From Prorocentrum cordatum (lineage: Eukaryota), in the NCBI GenBank assembly GCA_963575745.1, contig CAUYUJ010000132.1, forward strand, positions 1-64,000: a stretch of 64,000 bases of DNA, read 5' to 3'. Both the position numbers and the translations under genes were made by a program. Position 1 is the first letter of the stretch. Each line of letters starts with the position of its first letter. Positions 55,776 through 64,000 of the stretch are shown here, piece after piece. The notes beneath the pieces were generated by a model that saw nothing but the letters and a program-made list of their open reading frames with translations, made no database searches and was not told the origin of the DNA.

Positions 55776-56990
55776 TTGATTCTCTTCCGCATGCAGTGGT
55801 TGTTGATCATGGCCATTGTACCTCGGCTGGCGAATCGCACATCTCGATATCTTTTTCGGCGGGTTCCTCCTAAAGCTGGAGGTAGTCCTCCTGGCCCACC
55901 TGCTGGTGGGGGCTCTCCTGGCGGTTGTGATGACGAGGAGGGGGATGACGATGGAGGTCCTGGCGATGTGGATGTCCGAGGTCAAGATCCGTGGTTTGCT
56001 GGTGGCGACCCCTGGCTCTGTGGCGGGACGGTGCGCCCCGGTGGCAGCGGAGCCAGTGGCAGGCCCCCGAAGATGCCTCGCAAGCAGCGTGCTGACAGAC
56101 CTGTGGATGATGTTGACGGTGGCATGGGTGCTCAGGCGGATGCACTTCCACTGGTACATGCTTTCCCTGCGCTTTCAGTGCCTTGCCAGATGGCCGAGGC
56201 CAAGCTCTTCGAGAGCCTTCGGATGATGATGCACATTGTGATCACGGCATGGGCTATTGCATCTCAGACGATGGCGGCGTCGTGTGTGCCTCCTAGTGGC
56301 TGTGCTGCTCTTCCTGCCCTTCCTGCTCCTTGCGATTACCAGGCCGACAGCGACATAGTGGACTCCATGATGTACGAGATGGACGTCGACGGGTACCCTG
56401 AGGACGACGCCTTGCGCGTTGCCTTCAATATTCCTCATCGTGGGGCTCCTGTGGTTGCTGCTAATGAGGGTACTGGCAGTCATGGCTGGGATGGGCGTGC
56501 TCTCCTTCGTGATGGAGCTGGCGGTGGAGACGTCGAGGCTTTACTTGCGGAGCTTCTCAAGCCCTTGGCGGACGCGCAAAAGAACTTCCAGAATACGCTC
56601 GAGCGGAGTTTCGGTTCGCAGGTGCTGTCCTCTGGTGCTGGCGCAGCCCCCGCGCGGATTTTACGTGAGATTGTATGGCATGAGGAGGAGTTCGTGAGCT
56701 GGCGCCGGCGGTTGCCGCTCGCGGAGCTCTGCCAGCACCACGCTTGGCCCTTGGAATTGTTCGTGGGTCGGTTCGTCACTCTCCTTGGCGGCCCCTGGAT
56801 TGGGCGTGTCGCGAAGATATCTGGCATTCGCGAGGGCGCTGTCTGCTTGGAGGTGTACCCCGACGATGAGCGTACAGAGGCGGACCCGATGATCGTCTAC
56901 GAGTGTGGCAACCCCGCTAGTACTCCGCAGTGGGACGGCATGATGGCGGAGAAGATGATTCTGGATGCGGATCTGGCTGCTGATCTCTGA
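55776..56990 (+). CDS. Orphan 404-codon ORF, possibly a transposon ORF1-like or decayed gene
   Basis: Long ORF with protein-like composition, unlike the Arg/Pro/Gly-rich spurious ORFs. Contains an acidic Gly/Asp patch, DPWFAGGDPW and a globular-looking C-terminus. It starts at a non-ATG codon, and a possible upstream part (MALGPAGPW..., ~55627-55779) lies in another frame. Confidence 0.45.
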   Translation: MILFRMQWLLIMAIVPRLANRTSRYLFRRVPPKAGGSPPGPPAGGGSPGGCDDEEGDDDGGPGDVDVRGQDPWFAGGDPWLCGGTVRPGGSGASGRPPKMPRKQRADRPVDDVDGGMGAQADALPLVHAFPALSVPCQMAEAKLFESLRMMMHIVITAWAIASQTMAASCVPPSGCAALPALPAPCDYQADSDIVDSMMYEMDVDGYPEDDALRVAFNIPHRGAPVVAANEGTGSHGWDGRALLRDGAGGGDVEALLAELLKPLADAQKNFQNTLERSFGSQVLSSGAGAAPARILREIVWHEEEFVSWRRRLPLAELCQHHAWPLELFVGRFVTLLGGPWIGRVAKISGIREGAVCLEVYPDDERTEADPMIVYECGNPASTPQWDGMMAEKMILDADLAADL

Positions 56991-57241
56991 GGTTGAGTGT
57001 GCGCTAGGGAGGGAGTGGCTTCGGTGGTCTGGCCCTTTTACGGGTCGGCACGGCCAGGTGGGTGCCTCGTGGGGGCGCCCCTGGTGATGCTGCGCACCTC
57101 CGCGAACGGGGCTCAGGGGAGGGCGCTTCGGTGGTCTGGCCCTTTTGGGGGTCGGCACGGCCAGGTGGGTGCTCCGTGCGGGTGCCCCTGGTGACGCCCC
57201 AAACCCTGCGCGCGGACGGACGGGGCTCGCTACGGGCCCTG

Positions 57242-57312
<71 letters not shown>

Positions 57313-58840
57313 TTTATTTTTTTTTGGTTGTTATATATATAGTGTTTATATATACATATATATTACTATATAATTATATATATACATTGTTTATATATAT
57401 ATATCAAAATTATATATAATTATAAAGAATAACCCGCCTCTTCCTCCTCCTCCTCCTCCTCCTCCTCCTCCCTCCTCCCCCTCCCTCCTCCCTCCTCCTC
57501 CTCCTCCTCCTCCTCTCCTCCTCCTCCTCCTCCTCCTCCTCCTCCTCCCTCCTCCTCTCCTCCCTCTCTCCTGCTCCTCCTCCTCCGCCTCCCCCTCCTC
57601 CTCCTGCTCCTCCCCCTCCGCCTCCCCCTCCGCTTCCCCCTCCGTCCTCCTCCTCTTGCCCCCCCCCTCCTCTCTCTTCCCCTCCCGCTCTCTCCCGGCT
57701 CCGCAGTGGCCTCTGCTGCGCGGCGGTCGGGAGGGGGCCACGCCCCGGGCGCTGCGGAAGGTGCTTGGGGTCCAAGGTGCCCCCTGCTTTTCGCTCCACT
57801 GGGGCCCTTCGGGGCCCGCGAGGGGCTGCGCTGGAGGCCGTGGGGGCCTCCTCGGCACTCCTGGGGGCACCTCGGGCCAAGGGCGCGCCCAGGAGCCCGA
57901 GCGCGCGCGGGGGCCGCCACGCCAGAACTCGGGTTGGCCAGCGCTCTTTGACGAGCGCGTCTCGAACTTCGACGGTCCAGTTTTTGTGGGATGTCTGCAG
58001 CGGAAGCTCGCGTCAAATTTCGGGCGGGGTCTCGTCATTTTCATGGTGGCCCCGTCAAGCCAACCCGAGTTCCCCGAGCCCGAATCTTACGTCTCCCCGA
58101 CACCCGACGTCGTGATGCGGTTCCATCCTCCGACCCCATCTACTCGGACCCCATCTAGGGGGCCTCTAGGTGTGCGGCTGTTGGGAGGGGGCCAAATCCA
58201 AGCGCGCGCGTGGGCTGCCACAGTTGTTTGTGCAGCCAGTCGGAGATCACCAGGTGCAGCGGCAGGGCTTCCTGTGGAAGCTCTCGCCGGCCTACGGGTG
58301 GCTCCAGAGGGGCCTCAAGGGAGCCTTGGGGGGCCTGCAGCGGGGAAGGGTTAGGCGAGACAGCGGCAGCTCGCCATGCTTGGTTTTTTTGGGGGCAGGC
58401 CGTGTGGAAGCTTCCCAGAGATCCGACGCTCAGACAAACATTGGAACAGCCGGCTTTTGTACGTTTTCGGCCCCCGAGGGCCCTCGCCAGGCCTCGGGAC
58501 CGTCAAAACACAACTCAGGACGAACAGCCAGCCCCATGCAAGTGGTCCAGACCTGCGGGGCACACGCATCGGTCCAGTTGAAGTGGCCGGATGTCTGGGC
58601 TTTCGTCGCCGCTGCTGGATCCGCCTCGGAGAAGTTGGTCAGGACGGGACCCGGGGGGGGCCCGGGGGCAGGCTCGAACCCGTTTCTGTATTGTTTGGGG
58701 CATGAGGGGCGTCATGGCCCCCGCCCCCCCCCCTATGACGTAACGCTCCCCCCCCCCAGTGCGCTCCGGGTTCTGCCGCCGTGCGCATTGGGATCCGCGT
58801 AGGTGTCCGCGCATGAATCCGCATAGTGGTCTGGTCCGCA

Positions 58841-58889
<49 letters not shown>

Positions 58890-59018
58890 GACGCGGCTGG
58901 AGCCTGTTTATTATTCCGTGCCGATGACGGCAATCATGTGGGGGGGGTGGAGGGGGTCGATGACGTCACGCTTTCTGCTGGCGGCGTCTGGGAATGCCTA
59001 GGAATGACGGAGGACGGG

Positions 59019-60128
59019 TAGCACCAGCATGTAGGTGGCGATTTGCACCACAACGCCTGTGTTCACCACAACGCCTGTGTACACCACACCGCTTGTGTAC
59101 ACCACAGCAGCCGCGTACAACGCAGCGTGAGTTTGTGCCACCGTGCCGGCGGGCACAGCAGTTCTTGTGTACACCATAGCGTTTGCGTGCACCACATCAG
59201 CCGTGTGCAACACAACACCAGTGTACACCACAATGCATGCGTGCATTGCAGTGCGTGTGTACACCACGGCGCTTGTGTGTACCACAGCAACCGTGTGCAA
59301 CACAGCACTACTGTTGTATATAGAATGTTTCAAGGAATCCTTATGACAAAATGGAGCGCTTGTGGATTCCACAGAAAACAATGAAAAAGGAATCCTTATG
59401 GACAAAGGAATGCCACTGGAATCTATGAGTCCTCCCGAGTGTGCCCGCATCACCGTAACTCCTCCCATCTGCGTCCAATTGGCCGTCCGAGAAGCAAGAG
59501 GACCGATTCAACAGACCATTCTGTGGTGCACGCTGACATTTGCACGTGCGCTGCAACGCCAAACCGCACGACAGAGGGTAAGGAGGAGGAGCAGGAGGAG
59601 GAGGAGGAGGAGGAGGAGGAGGAGGAGGAGGAGGAGGAGGAGGAAGAGGAGGAGGAGGAGGAGGAGGAGGAGGAGGAGGAGGAAAAGGAGGAGGAGGTGG
59701 AGGTGGAGGTGGAGGAGGAGGGAGGAAAAAATAACGTCGCATTCGATTATCAGCAGTTTCCCGGCGTGGCGTTTAGTTGGCCGCAGCAGGTTCTCACGCA
59801 CTTACTCCTTCTACCTGTCCTCTGCACGCAGGCACTGTGGTGTACACTAGCGCTGCGTTGCACGCGGATGCTGTGGTGTAGACAGGCGCTGTGGCGTGCG
59901 CTGGCGATGCACTGTGGTGTACACGGGCGCTGTGTTGCACATGTTGCTGCGGTGTACACACGTACATCGGCGCTGTAGTGTACGCAAGCATTGCGGTGCA
60001 GGCGCTGCGTTGCACACGGTTGTTGCGGTGTACGCAGGCGCTGTGGTGTACACGCGCGCTGTGGTGCACGCGAGCGTTGTGGTGTACACAGGCGCAGTGG
60101 GGCAGATCGCCACCTACATGTTGCTCGT
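59019..60128. mobile_element. Foldback-like element: ~290-bp inverted arms made of 18-bp subrepeats
   Basis: The left arm is CATGTAGGTGGCGATTTGCACCAC followed by (TGTGTACACCACAxCGCx)n. It mirrors the right arm, (xGCGxTGTGGTGTACACx)n followed by GGCAGATCGCCACCTACATG. The spacer holds AAGGAATCCTTATG repeats and (GAG)n. Confidence 0.78.
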
Positions 60129-62076
60129 GTCGTCGTCCTCTTCGTCGTCGTCGTCGTCGTCGTCGGCGTCGCCGCTTGTCGCTCGTCGCGTCGTGCGCGC
60201 GGGCGCGGCTGTGGTGCTGGAGCCACACGGCCAGGGGGGGGGGGCGTTATGTCATACCCCCCCCGCCCCCCCTCCCCCCCATGACTCCTGTCTGTCATCG
60301 CCGAACATAAAAAAACGCGTCTTTTTGAGCGGAGCCGGGCCGTGCGGGGGGGAGCCGCCGTTGTCTCGGCGGGGCCGCCTCCGATGCGGGCCTCGTCCGC
60401 GGGAAAGGGCCCGCTTCAGCAGCGGAAGTCAAGGGAGGGAAAACCACCCGGATCCGACAATGGACGTTTATTCGACGGCCTTACCAGCGTTGACTAAACA
60501 GCCCTGCCCTGTTCGGTTCCTTCTTTGGATGCGTTGACTACATGGCTTCGCTCGTGGGGGTGATTCTCGTGGGGGCGGACTCTCTGCCCTCTAGGAAAAG
60601 CGATGGGGTCGACTGCGCCGACATCTGCGTGCAAGCTGCCCGGGGAAGCTCGCGCGTGAGCGCCCTCGTTGCCCAGGCAGCGTGTCGCGCCGGCGGCCCG
60701 CGTGAGCCACCGCCCTCGCCCGCGGGGGCCCCCGAGGCTCGAGGGCCGCCGCGGCGTGGCTCCGACCCTGCGTCGGCTGCCCTCGACGCCTCCGCCCCCC
60801 TCCCCCCAGACCCCCTCCGGTCATAAAAGATCAGGGCGGCAGGTTTTTCGCTGTCTTCGGCCTCGGGAGGCCCTCGCTGGGCCCCAGGACCGTCAAAGCA
60901 CGAGCCAGGGCGAATGGCCGGCCCCAGGGAAGTGGTCCAGACCTCCGGGGCCCACGCATCGAAAGCATCGGAGCAACGGGATGCTTGTGACGTCCTCTCC
61001 TCTTCTCCTCCGTGCTTCCTCCTACCCCTCCCGCCTCCCCCCTCCCTCGCCGCTGCCATGATATCCCTCCCTCCTCCCTCCCTTCTCTCCCTTCTCTCCT
61101 CCTCCTCTTCCTCCTCCTCCTTCCCTCCTCCCGCCTCCTGCCTCCGCCTCCCTCCCCCCCTCCCTCGCCGTTCCCGAAGCTCGAGCATCCATCCTCGAAC
61201 CTCCAAGGCGAAGAGGGCAACGACGAGGACGACGACGAGGAGGATGGGGACGACGGCCAGGACGACTGCGAGGACGACCAGGACGAGGATGACGGAGAGT
61301 ACACCGCCAGAGTGTATCCATGTCTACCGCCTCGGAGTCGCGCCATTGGGACCTCGTGGACCTCTCAGGGAGTCTCGAGTACGGATACCTGCCCGCCTTA
61401 GAGAGTGGACTATCCACCCTCCCCCAGAGATCCAGGGCATGTCCCCAGTGGCCGTGGATGTGGACGCTCCCCGGCGTTTCGAGGAGGACGGCGAGGACGA
61501 CGGCGAGAACGACGTCGAGGACGGCGAGGACGGCGAGGACGACGGCGACGCCGGCGAGGACGGCGAGGACGGCGAGGACGGCGAGGACGACGGCGACGAG
61601 GCCAGGCCTCTCCAGGCTGAGTTGGGGGCGGAGAGGGCCAGGCCCTGGCCGCTGGCATGACCCCCATCGTGAGCTACTGGAGCGCCGACGACATGACGTG
61701 GATGGACGGGAAGGCCAGCGCGAGGAGGGGGAGGAGGAGGAGGAGGAGGAGGAGGAGGAGGAGGAGGAGGAGGAGGAGGAGGAGGAGGAGGAGGAGGAGG
61801 AGGAGGAGGGAGGAGGAGGAAGGAGGAGGAGGAGGAGGAGAGGAGGAGGAGGAGGAGGAGGAGAGGAGGAGGAGGAGGAGGAGGAGGAGGAGGAGGAGGA
61901 GGAGGAGGAGGAGGAGGAGGAGGAGGAGGAGGAGGAGGAGGAGGAGGAGGAGGAGGAGGAGGAGGAGGGGGAGGAGGAGGAGGAGGAGGGGAGGGAGGAG
62001 GAGGAGGAGGGAGGAGGAGGAGGGGGAGGGGGAGGGAGGAGGGGGCTTGTTATCGAAGAAGAGAAAAACGCCACAG

Positions 62077-62211
62077 ACATAAACTTTCGGCGGCGCTCCG
62101 CGCGGAGTTCTTGGATCTGCGCTGGGACCCCCCGGCGGCGCCTCGGCGCCGCCCCCGGCGGGGGTCTGGCACAGATCCAAAAAGTCCACGCGGAGCGCCA
62201 AAAGTTTATGT
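62077..62211. repeat. 135-bp imperfect palindrome (MITE-like); relatives near 15710-15860, 33856-34006 and 62945-63110
   Basis: ACATAAACTTT..GGCGCTCCGCG..TTGGATCTG versus CAGATCCAA..CGCGGAGCGCC..AAAGTTTATGT. Core GGCGGCGCC-TC-GGCGCCGCC. Confidence 0.78.
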
Positions 62212-62342
62212 TCATGGCGCTTGTCCTTCTCCTGGGCCTGGAGGGCCCTTGGACCAGGGCTGGCGCCACACGGAGCTTTGGCGATGTCGTGGGCCGTTTC
62301 GGTTTTCCGCAGCAACAAGGCAGAAGGACGAACGCACAACCA

Positions 62343-62493
62343 GGGGGCCACGTGCGAACCCTACCCCTACCCACCGCGACTTCTGAGTGGGGCGGGTGGG
62401 GTTCACTTCGTTCGGGAGCTCCCGAGCGAAGGGAACCCCACCCTCCCCCTCAGAGATCGCGGTGGGTAGGGGTAGGGCTCGCACGTGGCCCCC
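62343..62493. repeat. 151-bp near-perfect palindrome (MITE-like)
   Basis: The outer 45-bp arms (GGGGGCCACGTGCGAACCCTACCCCTACCCACCGCGA...) have 3 mismatches. Pairing continues to the centre TCGGGAGCTCCCGA. Confidence 0.85.
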
Positions 62494-62654
62494 CAATAAC
62501 GGAGACAGAGCGAGGGAGAAAGAAAACAAAGCGAAAGCGAACAGCAGTGTTTGGCTCGAGCCCTGTCCTGGACCTCCTCGCGCCGTGGCAGAGACCACGA
62601 CGGCAGGCTTCTGGCCGATCCCGGCGGGGAGCACGGCGCGAGGAGGAGGTTTGT

Positions 62655-62785
62655 CAGGAGGGGAAAAAACACAGGCACAATGAATCGTCGATTCCCCAGA
62701 AAATATGGGAAAATATGGGCAGTGGGGGGGAAGACAGAAACCCCGAAAAAAAGGGGGAAATATGGGGAATCCTGTTATTTGTGTA
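62655..62785 (+). repeat. Dispersed repeat also found at ~12517-12650 (and unit copies) and ~63888-64000
   Basis: Shared CAGGAGGGG..AAA.CACA..CACAA..AATCGTCGATTCCC.AGAAAATATGG.AAAATATGGG..ATATGGGGAATCCTGTTATTTGTG. The adjacent module at 12376-12486 recurs at ~60430-60540. Confidence 0.8.
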
Positions 62786-64000
62786 TTTTTGTTGTGTGTC
62801 CCAGGGCCTTCAGTTTGGAGGAGTCCCGGACCCTCTCGCGTCGTGGCAGAACTCGCGGCGGAAGGCTTCTGGCCGATCTCGGCGAGGAGGACGGGGCGAG
62901 GAGGGGGTCGACGAGGAAGCGCGGCGTGAGCAGAACCTCTCCGGGGTCGCGCGGATCTCTTGGACCTGCGCGGGAGCCCCCTCCTCGGCGCGCGGAGCGC
63001 GCCAGGGGCGGCGCCCCTGGCGCCGCCCAGGGGTGGGCCGATCTGAGAAATCCTCGCGGATCTTCGCGCGGTGCCCGAGGAATCCGCGCGGACCTCCGAG
63101 TTTTTATGTCTACGTTCAAGTCGGGCCCGTCCCTCTGCGGGGAGGAGTGTGCCAACATGGTGCAGAAAAAATATGGCCCGGGGGCGGTTCTGCGGAGCGC
63201 TTCTTGGACCGTCTTGGGGGGGGTATGCTTGGACCGTGCTGACGCTCCTCGCCCAGGCTCCCCCTGTCGGAGGACAGGCCCGACTTCAGTCTGCGCCCCT
63301 CCTCCTCCTCCTCCTCCTCCTCCTCCTCTTCCTCCTCCTCCTCCTCCTCCTCCTCCGTTCCCCTGGACGTGGCCCCGCCCCCCGTGGATGGCACGGGGGG
63401 CGGCGCCGGAGGCGCCGGCGCCGCCCGGGGGCGGGGGGCCCGTCGCCGACCACCTGGGGCGCGGGCTGTCCGGCGGTGCGCGCTCGTGCCGCCATCGTGC
63501 TCGGGTGTTGCCAGAGAGGTGCCCCAGATTTCGTAAGAAAGGGAGGGGGGGTCTCGTTTCGGGGGGGGGGGTCTCTTCCAGGCCATCTTGGAGGGCCTGG
63601 GGGGTCTGGGGGCGATGTTTTGGAGGGTTCTCCCACGGGGGGGGGGTCTGAAATGGCTTGTCTTGGAGGGTCCAGACCCCCTCCCTTTTCCTACGAACTC
63701 TGGAGTACCCCTGGCCCTGGGTCCCCCCCAGGACTCTCGGGGTGGCCCAGGGGCGGCCTCCGGGGCCCCCCTCGCGAGGCCCAGGGGGGGCCCCCTAGGG
63801 GCTCCAGAGTGGAGCGAGAAGCTGCGGGCGCCTGGTGCCAGGAGCACTTCTGGCAGCACCCGATCGTGGAGGGCCGTTCCCGTGCAGCAGGAGGGGGGGG
63901 CAAAAGCACACAGACACAACGCGTCGTCGGCTCCCAGGGAGATGTGGGAAGATATGGGGAATGGGGGGGAGGACGAAGACCCAGAACAGATGGGACAGCT

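Noticed and set aside
57223..57310. Rho-independent terminator, or poly(A) tail of a + strand retrocopy
   Set aside because: The context is eukaryotic, and the run is T on the ORF strand, the wrong polarity for a poly(A) tail. Its length may be a sequencing artefact.

Overview
This is repeat-dense, GC-rich eukaryotic DNA, not prokaryotic. A degenerate dinoflagellate spliced-leader relic and the style of the repeats suggest a core dinoflagellate such as Prorocentrum (inference only). Positions 1-48912 are the right end of a head-to-tail array of ~18-kb units: partial unit A (1-12848), unit B (12849-30994) and unit C (30995-48912). Each unit carries one clearly intact, intronless gene of 525 codons. 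It encodes a signal peptide, seven Cys-paired ~55-70-aa repeats (a predicted 7-bladed beta-propeller), a Thr-rich stalk and a GPI-type tail. The rest of each unit is a dead DIRS-like RT/RNase H retroelement, a disrupted EEP-nuclease ORF, a possible LINE RT scrap, MITEs, minisatellites and long (GAT)n, (GAG)n and (GCTGAG)n tracts. The SNP pattern between units points to an older duplication followed by a very recent unequal crossover, or to an assembly duplication, and the gene itself is unusually homogenised. Positions 48913-64000 are a mosaic of dispersed repeats, long palindromes, a foldback element, a spliced-leader relic and one orphan 404-codon ORF followed by duplicated stem-loops and a T68 run. 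Most ORFs in the supplied track are artefacts of high GC content or microsatellites. No rRNA, tRNA or CRISPR array was found. All alignments and family assignments were made by eye, with no searches run.
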